Assembly: GCA_043228905.1 (NCBI GenBank)
Contig: JBHGNT010000393.1
Coordinates: forward strand, 1-28,797
Source of the DNA: Azolla caroliniana
Lineage: Eukaryota > Plantae > Polypodiophyta
Direction of reading: 5' to 3'
Length of the DNA stretch: 28,797 nucleotides
Position numbers and translations under genes: made by a program. The notes below the pieces were generated by a model that was given only the letters and a program-made list of their open reading frames with translations, was not told the origin of the DNA and made no database searches. Positions 1-11,091 of this stretch are shown here, in pieces (position 1 is the stretch's first letter; every line of letters starts with the position of its first letter).

Positions 1-1
1 G

Positions 2-838
2 CATCCTTCCCGATATCCCACTGATGCATCTCGAGTCGGCCTAATAGGCACGCTACTTAGCGGCTCAGCCTTGGCATGGTTCGCTCCGCTTCTAGAAAAA
101 CAATCGCCCTTGCTTAATAACTTTGAAGATTTTATTGGTGAGTTTAAAGCCTGCTTTGGAGACACCGACAGCATCAGGACGGCGATCAACAAGATCCGGC
201 GATTGCGTCAAGGCGATCGTCCAGCCTCTGCCTACGCGGCGGATTTCCGCCTACTTGCTTCAGATATACCCTGGGATGATCAAGCACTAATGGAGCAGTT
301 TCGCTATGGCTTGCGAAACGATGTCAAAGATCTACTTCTAACTTTCCCCGAAGAACCAAAGTCTCTTACGGAGGCAATCAGTCGAGCAGTTCGATGTGAC
401 AACCGCCTTTTTGAACGGCGTTCAGAACGTCAATTACAGATACCACGCTCTAGGCCAGAGCCCACTTACGCCGCAGTCGCGGCTAAACCGTTTGCACGAG
501 ACATACCTCAAGCAAATACTTCGACACCGATGGAGATCGATACCATGCGTCGACGCGGCCCGTTATCGGAAGAAGAAAAGCAACGACGACGTGCCAATCG
601 ATTATGCCTTTATTGCGGTGGACCAGGACATATCGCCATCAATTGTCCCCATAGGCCAAGAAGACAGGTAAATCAAATCGTCGCCTGTACTAAACCTGAG
701 TCAATTCTTCCCTTCGGAGTGTCTGATAGTAGTAATAGTACTAATAGAGTGTCAGATAGTATTCATAGTACTAATAGCCCAAGTATCTCAAATAAATTTG
801 AAATCCTTAGTCAATTAGATGAAGAGTTAAACGATTGA
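2..838 (+). CDS. gag: Gag of element A (5'-partial)
   Basis: Frame open from base 2; retrotransposon gag motifs (LRQG..A..YAADF, FRYGL), PMEID and zinc knuckle CLYCGGPGHIAINC. Confidence 0.92.
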   Translation, partial: HPSRYPTDASRVGLIGTLLSGSALAWFAPLLEKQSPLLNNFEDFIGEFKACFGDTDSIRTAINKIRRLRQGDRPASAYAADFRLLASDIPWDDQALMEQFRYGLRNDVKDLLLTFPEEPKSLTEAISRAVRCDNRLFERRSERQLQIPRSRPEPTYAAVAAKPFARDIPQANTSTPMEIDTMRRRGPLSEEEKQRRRANRLCLYCGGPGHIAINCPHRPRRQVNQIVACTKPESILPFGVSDSSNSTNRVSDSIHSTNSPSISNKFEILSQLDEELND

Positions 839-880
839 GTCCAGCCAAAATAGGAGCCATTTGGTTGGATAGCAGCCCTA
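826..880 (+). promoter_or_regulatory. Candidate -1 programmed ribosomal frameshift signal (G_TTA_AAC plus stem-loop/pseudoknot)
   Basis: pol frame overlaps gag only at 823-838; heptamer 826-832 is in the gag register; 10-bp stem 840-849/860-869 begins 7 nt downstream. Confidence 0.7.
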
Positions 881-3800
881 GATCTGTACAGCCCATTAGT
901 GGTTCCATTCCTTCCAAGCAAGTTAGCAATGTGTTCCTAGCCCAAGTCATTGTTAGTACTAAAAGTACTCCCCCAGTACCCGTCCTAGCACTTTTAGATT
1001 CCGGAGCTAATTCCTATTTCATGGATCGAAATTTTGCCCAAGCTTCTCAGATATCCTTAAGAAAACTTCCTTGTCCCGCATCTGTAGTGGTCATTGATGG
1101 TCGTCCCATTGCTTCCGGGAATATTGTAGAAGAATCAGAACCCATTCAAGTTGTCCTAGGTAGTTTTGTGTGTATAATATCATTTAATATAATTAGTAGT
1201 CCAGAGCATCCCATTGTCCTAGGATTACCTTGGCTTGAATTACATAATCCAGCCATAGATTGGAGAACAAGAGAAGTCCGATATCGACCACCCCAAGAAT
1301 CAACTCGCCGAGTTTCGACCATTTCACTCCATCAACTACGCGAAGAAGGACCCAAGGAGGCAATGTTCCTATTTTCCATATCAGTACATCCTTCCAGCAC
1401 TATTAAGAAGGACTCCTCAGTACAACTTCTGGCAAAATATCATCCTTATGCCGATGTATTTGACAAGGTAAAAGCCGGTACCCTTCCTCATCACCGTCCC
1501 TATGACTGTCCCATCGATTTACAACCAGGAACCGAGCCACCATGGGGACCAATTTACAACCTGTCACCCACCGAGTTAGAAGTCCTTCGAGCCTACATAG
1601 AGGAGAACTTGGCAAGCGGGTTCATCCGTCATTCGAAATCTCCGGCCGGTGCACCCATCTTCTTTGTCAAGAAGAAAGATGGCTCACTTCGTCTTGTCGT
1701 TGATTACCGCGGATTAAATAAAGTCACCATTCGAAATAGGTATGCACTTCCTCTTATATCAAGTCTTTTAGAGCGAGTTAATGGTGCCAAGATTTTTACT
1801 AAAATCGACCTACGCGGAGCGTATAATCTCGTGCGGATCCGACCGGGAGATGAGTGGAAGACCGCTTTTCGCACGCGGTATGGGCATTTCGAGTATACTG
1901 TTATGCCGTTTGGCCTAACCAATGCACCCGCAGTCTTCCAACACATGGCAAATGATATATTCAGAGACCTCTTGGATATCTGTTTGATCATTTATCTGGA
2001 TGATCTGTTGATTTATTCGAAGACCCAGGAAGAGCACGATTCTCATGTACTATTAGTACTAAAGCGACTCCGCGAGAATGGTCTTTATGCCAAGCTAGAA
2101 AAATGTAGCTTTGACTGCAAGCAAGTGGAATTTCTAGGCTACGTCATCTCCTCAAAGGGCATCGCCATGGATCCAGCTAAGATCCAAACTGTACTAGAGT
2201 GGCAAATTCCACGGTCGGTACGAGATGTACAATGTTTTCTAGGTTTTGCTAACTTCTACCGTAAGTTTATACAGGATTACTCGAAGATTATTTTACCTCT
2301 CACACAACTTACGAAGAAGGGCCAAGCATTTCTTTGGTCCATTGAAGCAGATATGGCTTTTCGGCATCTTAAGAAAGCCTTTACATCAGCACCGATTCTA
2401 GCTCATGTGGATACAAGCAAACCATTCATCATGGAGGCCGACGCATCAGATTTCGCCCTCGGTAGCATCCTTTCTCAACAAGGTGATAAAGAAGAGTTGC
2501 ATCCGGTGGCTTTCCATTCGCGCAAATTCGATGTCGCAGAAATCAACTACGAAATACATGACAAGGAGTTATTAGCCATCGTGGATTCATTTGTACAATG
2601 GCGGCATTTCTTAGAGGGCTCTCCACAGCAGGTCATTGTCTTCAGCGATCATAAAAATCTTGCTTATTTTCAGAACGCTCGCGTACTAAATCGACGGCAA
2701 GCTCGGTGGGCGCAATTCCTCACGCGTTTCGACTTCAAAATCACATATCGACCGGGGAAGCAGCAAGGAAAAGCAGATGCACTATCACGACGTTCATATC
2801 TTGCACCTCGTCCTGGTGACGCAACATTTGATAATCAAAAGCAAGTAATCTTGGGACCAACACGATTGCACACAACGCGGATTTTTCACACCCCGATGGA
2901 TTCACGGATTACCGATGACATACGTGCAACTTTGAAGACGGATAGTTTTGCTCAAGACATCCTGGCGCACATTGATACTTCTCGGGCATCCTGTTCTCAG
3001 TCTCAACAACCAGGTATTGACTACCGACAATTCGAATATCATGATGGTTTGTTATTCTTTAAAAAGCGCGTATATGTCCCCGATTGCTCCTGTCGCCTTC
3101 AAATTGTCCAACATTGTCACGACACCCATACGGCGGGACATTTCGGTAGTACTAAGACGTTGGAGCTAGTGCAGCGATCTTTTTGGTGGCCCCACATGCG
3201 CCATTTTGTCGACGACTACGTTCGGACCTGTGATGCTTGCTGCCGAGCAAAGATGCCACGACACCATCCATATGGCTTGTTGTAACCTTTACCAATTCCA
3301 AGTAAGCCATGGCAGTCTATTTGTCTTGATTTTATCACAGATCTGCCGGTCTCGAAAGGGTTCGATGCTATCCTAACCGTCGTCGATCGATATACGAAGA
3401 TGGCACATTTTGTGCCATGTACTAAAGCCATCACTAGCGAGGAAACCGCCGCTCTTGTTATGTGTGAGGTTTTTCGGCATCATGGCCTCCTAGACAGTAT
3501 TATCAGTGACCGAGGCCCGCAATTTGTCTCCAAATTTTGGCAGCATCTCTTCAAGATGCTCAAGGTCTCCTGCAACCTCTCCTCCGGCTACCATCCTCAG
3601 ACCGACGGACAGGCGGAACGAACAAACCAAACGCTGGAGCAATATCTCCGGTGTTTCCTGAGTTATCAACAGGACGATTGGGCCGAGATTCTCCACTTTG
3701 CGGAGTTTGCGTATAATAATGCTATTCACTCCTCGACTCGGGTCTCCCCATTTTTCGCTTATATCGGTTTCCATCCTCACTGGTCGGTGATCGACACTCC

Positions 3801-4407
3801 GGAGCTACCTACCAACCCTCGTGCCGAGGATCATTTGGAGAGGCTACGCAAGATCCAGATGGATCTCTCTACTCACCTTCGTCATGCTCAACACACACAG
3901 AAGACTTATGCAGATCGTCATCGGATTCCCTCCTCTTTTGCCATCGGAGATCGAGTATGGCTCTTACGTCGTCACATCAAGACTACTCGACCGTGCGACA
4001 AGTTGGATTATCGACGACTCGGTCCTTTCCGTATTACGGGGAAGATTAATGATGTCACCTTCCGCCTTGATCTCCCTCCGCAGCTTCAGATACATCCGGT
4101 TTTCCATTGTTCTCTTCTTGAAACTTATAAAGCAAACACCATTCCTGATCGTGTGACACCACCGCCGCCCCCACTGGAGTTGGACGCCGGCCCGGAGTAT
4201 GAAGTTGCTGCCATCCTCGATTCCAAACTTGTTCGCAACAAACTCTATTACTTGGTCGATTGGCTCGGTTATAGTCCGAGCGAACGTACTTGGGAACCCG
4301 TCGAGAATGTTGCCAATGCACAAGATCTTCTTGTTGATTTCCACCGAAAGTATCCGGACAAACCCGGTCCGCAATTAGCGCTGACTCGTTCCACTCGTCG
4401 TCTTTAA
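832..4407 (+). pseudogene. pol: Pol of element A (PR, RT, RNase H, integrase, chromodomain) with one in-frame stop at 3283-3285
   Basis: LDSGA, YLDD, DASD, HHCC zinc finger, GPF motif, chromodomain EYEVAAILD...YLVDWLGY...TWEP; ORFs 835-3285 and 3400-4407 share one frame. Confidence 0.93.
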
Positions 4408-4418
4408 GGGGGAGATAG
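4406..4418 (+). promoter_or_regulatory. Polypurine tract of element A
   Basis: AAGGGGGAGATAG directly before the LTR TG. Confidence 0.85.
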
Positions 4419-4842
4419 TGTCATGATATGGCAAGACTCGAACCCATGACCTTATGCTACATGGGTCGAGCTCTTACCATTAGACTATGAATTGTATTTT
4501 GTAGGATATTATTTTCATTTATGCTTTATCATAGAAAATTGATGTATATTCCAGATCTCTCTGGAACATTCTAGAAGCTTCAGGATTATTCCTAAAAACA
4601 CTATAAAAGAAGGCACAAGGCATTGTTTTGAACCAAATTGGTTCAACACCAGTCTTAAGCCTCTTAGCCGATTTGTACTTATCTTTCATATAATATAAGA
4701 GCTGCTGTCATCATCCTATTTCTCTCTCTCCTCTTCTCACTTCCTCTCTCTCGGGAATCTTACGCAGTCCTGTCTTCTTAGTACTAATAGTACTACTCTT
4801 CTTAGTACTAATTCCATCTCTGCTTTAGTACTATTCCTGACA
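4419..4842 (+). repeat. 3' LTR of element A (424 bp)
   Basis: Starts TGTCA after the PPT, ends TGACA; TATA-like CTATAAAA at 4601. Confidence 0.85.
4428..4494 (-). other. tRNA-like module (Pol III A and B boxes) antisense in the LTR of A; not a foldable tRNA
   Basis: Minus strand TAGTCTAATGGTAAGA...AGGTCATGGGTTCGAGTC; 43 nt from A-box start to B-box start. Confidence 0.6.
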
Positions 4843-5497
4843 ACAATCACCCCCTTCACTCCGGCATGGGATGTCTCGTCAGCCCGATCTGCTTTTGACA
4901 TGTGTCTAGCTTGTCGATTGTCAGCATCTTGGTCAGCATGTTCGAGCCGTTCTCTTTCGTGTGGATCTTCATCAACACGAACTCTTGATCTTCTACTCTC
5001 TCTCGGATTCAGTGGTACCTCCACTGGATATGTTTCGTCCGGGAATGGTAGGCCGTGTTCTTTGCAAGGTGGATGACACTTTGATTGTTGCAGTAGAGTC
5101 GGTATTCCTCCTGTTGGATCCCTAGCTCTCCGATGAAGTCCGTCATCCAGATTATCTCTTACCGGTTTCTACAGCTGCCATATACTCCGCCTCCGTGGTT
5201 GACAACGCAACCGTCTTTTGCAGCCTCGACTGCCATGAAACAGCTCCCCCTGCATAAGTCATGACATATCCAGATGTAGACCGACTGGTATTTGCATCAG
5301 CCGACATATCCGAATCGGTGAATCCGTTAGGTTGAGGATTACCGGAGTCGAATCGGAGGCACATAGTCGAAGTTCCTTTCAGATACCGGAGTATCCACTT
5401 GACAACGTTCCAATGCTCTTTGTCGGGATTGCTCATGAACCGCCTCACCATTCCGACTGCATATCCGATATCCCGCCGGGTACATAGCATCGCGTAC
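4843..5497 (-). mobile_element. Element B0: 3' end of a Tnt1/Tork-like copia (RT C-terminus, RNase H, PPT, first bases of the 3' LTR), frameshifted
   Basis: KWILRYLKGT, DSDM, SWQSRLQKTVALSTTEAEY; minus strand ends GAAGGGGGTGAT-TGT at the junction with A. Confidence 0.88.
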
Positions 5498-5799
5498 TGT
5501 TGAGAGTCAAGCTCAACTTGGTCTAGTGTGTGAACTCACCTTGAGAGTGAAGAGACACTCCAACGGTCAAGAGTCACCATTATGTCACCACTTTGTATTC
5601 TAGCATTTAGTATGAGTCATAGAATCATATTCTATGACACATAACTTATGAGCTTTCACATTCCCCATGCTCCATGAGTCTTGTAGTTAATGAAGAGAGA
5701 GAGGGTGACTACATAAAGCACCCTCCTCCCACCTTGTATAATGTTGAGTCTTTCTCCTTTGTCAATATACTTTTACCTTGTGTATTCTCTGTGTTTCAC

Positions 5800-5832
<33 letters not shown>

Positions 5833-5894
5833 TAGACACACACATAACTCACATCTCTTTCGCTTCACAAGAATCCATCTCTTGGTTCTTTACA
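5498..5894 (+). repeat. 5' LTR of copia element B (397 bp)
   Basis: TGTTGAGAG...TTTACA followed directly by a PBS; CT/CTGT microsatellite at ~5800-5832. Confidence 0.85.
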
Positions 5895-5906
5895 TGGTAT
5901 CAGAGC
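5895..5906 (+). promoter_or_regulatory. PBS of B, initiator tRNA-Met
   Basis: TGGTATCAGAGC. Confidence 0.92.
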
Positions 5907-6053
5907 GATTTGGTAGCTTGATCTAACCCATTCGCCTCATCGTGATCGTGTGTTGTGCTCTACGCCGACGACCAAGAACCGACTCATAGTTATCGTAGCT
6001 TCGCTACATAGCTCGCATTCGAAGAGAGAAGAAGAAGAAGAAGAATCGACATA

Positions 6054-7745
6054 ATGAATACTCAAATGGGGAGCGCTCTCCCTACCAAGAAGTTGGATTG
6101 AAACAACTTCGCATCTTGGGAGTACAAGATGCACCAATACCTTGTCGGACAAGGCTATTGGAGCTACATCAAAGGAGCACATGAAGACTAACCTGCCGAA
6201 GCGGCTCCTAGATACGCGACATGGGAGCAAGCCGCAAGCCGCGTGATGTATTGTTTGGCAACATGTGTTCATGACCACATGCTCGGTAACATTCAAGAAG
6301 CCAAGACGCCGAAGGAAGCGTGGGAAAATCTACGAAAGATTTTCGTCGCTAACACGACCGCGAGGAAGCTGCAACTCCGCCAAGAGTTGAACAACATTCA
6401 ACAAAGGGACATGTCCATCATGACATACACCTTGAAGATCAAGTATAGACGATGAGGAGATGGTGCAAATATGCCTTGGTTCGGCGCGATGCAAACCGCC
6501 GTTCTAGCATGGGAGAAATGTCCCTCCTTCTTCGAGCTCCAATCAATGCTATTGGTCGAAGAAAACCACGTGCGTACAAGGAGCAATGAGTCGGAAGGCC
6601 ACGTGCTCTACACGCACTCTAATGGAGAAAGAGGACGCGGACGAGCGAGAGGCCGATTCGGCCAAGGACAAGGCGGACGAGGTCCGACCTACGACAACAA
6701 CTCCAAAATTTCGTCCGCAAAATGGAGGCCAACGAGGAACCTTCGCAAGAAGGGGGAGCTTCCACTCCAGCCCGAGCCATCAAAACGCAACCGAATGCGG
6801 ATATTGCGGAAAGCTCGGCCACCACGAAGAAAAGTGCCGAAAGAAGATGCATGAATCGGCTTCCACAAGCCGACAACTCACGAATTACGCACACAACTTC
6901 GACTACGAATATCATGGCGGAATGTATACAGACAACTCCGACCGTGGCGAAATGTACGGGCACAACTCCGACTACGAAGATCGTGGTGGAATGTATACAT
7001 ACAACTCTGACCGTGGCGGAATGTTCATGATGAAACATAGAGCAAACTCTATGTCGATCGCTACCTCAACTAGTGCCTCTGGTCCGGAAGACGTATGGTT
7101 CGTCGATTCCGGTGCCTCGAACCATTTGACATCGCATCAAGAATGGTTCCGAGAACTTCGAGAGCCGGACCGACCCGGCTATGTCGAAACCGGAGACGAC
7201 ACTACGCACCCGATTCGGCACATTGGCAATGTTCCGTTCGGAAAAGAAGGTAAGCAAAATTACATTAAAAATGTCTTGCATGTACCGACCATTACGAAGA
7301 ATTTGGTCTCCGTCGGCCAAATTGTAGAGCAAGGGATGCAAGTTCGATTTAATCAAGGCGGATGCTTCATCGAAAAAGAGGGCCGACTCATCGCACGCAG
7401 ACGAAGAGAGGGCCGGATGTTCATTCTCGATTCACACTAGATGAAATCCGCCATATTCGCGAAAAACACGAAAGCTGACTCCGACATAGAGCTATGGCAC
7501 AAGCGAATCGGCCACATCAATCTCAACAAACTCAAAGCAATGAAATCGAAAGGAGTCGTCATCGGACTCCCGACATTCAAAGAGAAGGAGATTGAAGGTG
7601 TATGCGAAGCGTGCCAATTCGGCAACCAACACCGACACCCATTCTCGAAAGAACGGAACGTGAGCAAAGGTCTACTAGACGTAGTCCATTCCGACATATG
7701 GGAACCGGCGTAGACGACTACATTCGGTGGATGCCAATATTACGT
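6054..7745 (+). pseudogene. Copia B gag-protease-integrase N-terminus, disrupted and cut by element C
   Basis: NNFASWEYKM, CGYCGKLGHHEEKC, WFVDSGASNH, WHKRIGH...CEAC, VHSDIW; stops, frameshifts and small deletions. Confidence 0.9.
6892..7029 (+). repeat. In-frame 2 x 69 bp tandem repeat (39+30 bp subunits) in the B gag-protease linker
   Basis: HNFDYEYHGGMYTDNSDRGEMYG / HNSDYEDRGGMYTYNSDRGGMFM. Confidence 0.85.
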
Positions 7746-8385
7746 TGTCGCGTTGTTATGCGCGTACGTGTAGAAAGGGGCGGGACCCCGGGGGTCTTGG
7801 ACCGAGGAGTGAGAGAGAGAGAGACAGAGAGAGAGATTCACAGACACATAGAAGCGAGAAAGAGAGATATAGAACGTAACACTTAATTACAACGACAAGA
7901 GATTACAAACTCCGACGGTCACAACCGACAAGGCGACGACGAACCCGACACGGGGACCCTACTCACGCACCCCGACGACAGTCACACGACTCCCAAAAAC
8001 AAAGGGGGGGAAAGAAAGACTCTGTTGGAGGCACACGGGCTGTCCCCGAAGCAGAGGTAGCGAACTCCCACAGGCGGCCGCAGAGAACGACGGCTGGAGG
8101 AGAAGAGAGAGAGCTCGGCCCTCCGTTCTGCAGCAGCGCTTCCTTCCTCCTCGCACGCGATCCCCCCTCCTTTCTCCTCGTTCCCCCTTTATTCCCTGTC
8201 CCTCTCGCTTTATTCCTTGTCCCTCTGATAGGGATACGCACAATCCCCCTCTAATAAATGCGCGCGGCTTAGTATTTACATCCACCGGTTCGTGTACAAA
8301 ATATCAAGTCACGCGTCCATCCGTGTAAGGGCCGGTTTATGCGTTTTCTCTCCGATTCTGCCTATGGCCGGTTTTCTTCACGACA
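7746..8385 (-). repeat. 3' LTR of element C (640 bp)
   Basis: Minus strand begins TGTCGTG after GTGGGGGTGGA and ends CGCGACA at the junction with B. Confidence 0.82.
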
Positions 8386-8454
8386 TCCACCCCCACTAAA
8401 CCGCGCATCCACCGGTATGCGACAGAGATGGGTAGATATCGAAGAAACCCAGCC

Positions 8455-11091
8455 TCACTCGTTGCTCTCCAATTCTCCGCCGGACCCGAACTGATTGTCA
8501 TTGTCGCTCCCGCTCGCAAGATCCGGCTCGTCTTCGAACCGCTTTTTGAAAGCTTTGATCCGCTTTCCGGCCACCGGCACCGCTAACCGTGTCCCGTTGA
8601 GTTCCGCGAGGTGGTACGTGCCGTTGCCGTTTGCGCTCGTCACCATGTAGAGCCCGAACCATCTCCTAGCAAAATTTCACACCGCCTCGTGCTGATTGTC
8701 GAGGCTGCTGTCGTATACCAAGACCCAGTCGCCTTCCTCGATCTTCTTTGGTCGCAACCGGTGCGTCTGGTTGAACCGAGTCTTGTTCCTCTCCCTTGCC
8801 GCTCGTAGCTTTTCCTTCGCCTTTATCACGTCCTCCGGCCTCCGCTCGAGTTGCCGAATCCGCGCCGCTAGCAACTCCTCCCGGCTCATTTCGTCCTTCC
8901 AATCTACCGCCTCCCATGAAGAAACCGTCCGTTCCACCGGCATGATCGGCTTTTGTCCGTACATTAGCTCCGCCGGCATAAAACCTGTCACCGAACTGTG
9001 CGTAGTCCGGTCCGCCCATAGCGCGTAAGGAAGGAGTCGCGGCCAATTCCCGACCTGCCCACCGCATGCACACACCAACGCCTTTACAATCGGTCTGTGC
9101 CCACGTTCCACCTTTCTGTTCGCCTCCGGATTGTACGCCGTGGTGAGGGAGAGTTTGACGCCTAGCCGGTCGAACAACTCCTCGGCCTCCCGCACATCCA
9201 GCTCTCCCTGGTCCGCCACGATCCGCCCGACGCACCCGTACCGACACACTACTTCTTCGATCAGGAACCAACATACCGCCGCGGTTGTCTTGCTTTGCAG
9301 TGCACGGCCTTCCACTTGGTTCGTTAAGTCTTCCTGTGCAAGCACCAGGTATCACATCTGTCCTACCCCCATCGGCATCGTCACCAAGTCCACCATCCAC
9401 TTGAAATGGACCGTAGGCGGGTAGGTCGGGTGTAGCTTGTCCCGGTGTCGGACTATGGAGTGCACCTGACAACTTTCACAAGTCGTTACGAACCGATGCA
9501 CGTCCTGGTATAGCCCCGGCCACCAATACTTCTCCTTCAGCTTCTCGAACGTGGCCCACGTTCCGCGGTGTCCGGCCCATGGGCTCTTGTGGAATGCCAC
9601 CAGTAGTTTCCCTTGTTCTTCATTCTTTGCCACTACTCGGAGTGGGATGCCGCTTCTCTTCTTTGGGTGCTTCCATATGCACCCGTCCCGCAGGAAGAAT
9701 CGGTACGCCTTCCTCCGTATCCGGCTCGCCTCCTCTCTCGCCCATGTTGCGTCCGGCGTCATCACCCGTAGGAACCTCCTGATTTGGAGCCACTCCCCAT
9801 CGTACCTGCTTTCGTCAAATTCGTTAAGCGCCGGAGTGTTCCCTTTCCTCGTCGTTACGTTAGCCGACCCAAAGAAGTCCTCGCCGACTTCTTCGTCTTC
9901 CGAAACCATGCCGTCTTCGTCGTTGAACCTTGCCCTTGAAAGCATGTCGGCCATGGCGTTGTCCTTTCCGGAGATGTGCCGTATCTCCAGGTTCAGGGAC
10001 TTAATGTACGCTATCCACCGGAGCATTGCTAGGTCCGGCGTCGCGCATCCGGAAACCATGCCGAGTATCGGCAAGCAGTCCGTCTTGATAATCACCTCCG
10101 TCCCGATCAGATAATCCTTGTCGGCCTTGACTGCTGAAACGACACCCCAAAGTTCGTGCTTAACTTGGGCGTACCCTCGTTGCCGCTCGCTCAATACCTT
10201 TTCCCTGAACTGGATCGGGAATCGTACGCCGCCCTTGTCCTCCTGACTGATTACCCACCCGATCCCAGTCGGGCTGGTGTCCACCGTTACGCAGATGGGA
10301 ACATCTTTGCCGTAAACCGCTTTACGGAGAGCCGGCGCTGCCGTAAGCGCCTCTTTTAGTCTCCGAACCGACTCTGTGTGCTTCGTCCTCCACTCAAAGC
10401 TACGCCCCTTTTTCAATAGTCCGTAGAGGGGTTCCGCGACATGTGCGTAGTGCGGGATCTAGATGTGGTAGAACGCGCATGCCCCCAAGAATATGCGGAC
10501 CTCCGTGACCGACCCGCAATCGTTCCTCATCGCGGAGATGGCCTCTACCTTTGCCGGAGACGGTTTCCTACCGTAGGGCCCGCACAGGTGTCCGACCACC
10601 AAGATCTCCGATTGTCCGAAGGCCGACTTTTCCCCGGAGAAGGTGAGCCTCGCGCGCTCTAGTCTCTGCAACACCTTCTCCCAGTCATCGATGTGGGATG
10701 CCACGAAATTCCGACATCCGTCCGGCCCGATTGCCTCGTCCCTTTTCTCCATCGGGCATCCCTTGATCGGGATGTCGTCTAAGAAGGGCATGGTGATGTC
10801 CGGGATACAATCCCTGAGCACTTTGTTCATCGCGTTCACCATGTGAGCCACTGAGTTTGTCCCTCCTTGTGGCAGGGTACACATCCGCACTAGGCCGAGA
10901 GGAGTCCGCATCGTCGTAATGTCTCTGCTCTCCACGGCTAGTTGGAACTAGTCGTACCCTGAGTATAGATCACTGACAGAATAGATCGACCTTCCAGCGA
11001 AGGCCTCCGCGAACTCGTCTATGGTCGGTCCGATCCCTGCATTACGGATGGTCACCTTGTTGACCGGTTGTAGGTCCTGGATGAAGCACAA
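8455..11091 (-). pseudogene. pol: Pol of C (partial RT, RNase H, integrase); one frame with four nonsense codons
   Basis: LPQG, FLDD, VDTSPTG, HHCC, VDL/ADQGE/ERGH; stops at 10948, 10459, 9352, 8677. Confidence 0.9.

Larger units (their letters stand above)
1..4842 (+). mobile_element. Element A: Ty3/gypsy chromovirus (Tcn1-like), 5' end outside the window
   Basis: gag (CCHC) followed by PR-RT-RH-INT-chromodomain, PPT and a TGTCA...TGACA LTR. Confidence 0.93.
7746..11091 (-). mobile_element. Element C: 3' half of a non-chromovirus gypsy (Phygy-like)
   Basis: RT-RH-INT homologous to D, PPT, LTR with TGTCG/CGACA termini, flanked by ACGT. Lineage name is inferred. Confidence 0.85.

Noticed and set aside
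4428-4494. Functional tRNA gene (also 12060-12134)
   Set aside because: Acceptor and anticodon stems do not pair; only the promoter boxes and spacing are tRNA-like
8666-10114. Long alternative-frame and antisense ORFs (268 aa, 187 aa; also 14921-15574)
   Set aside because: Shadow ORFs of GC-rich pol with no recognisable motifs
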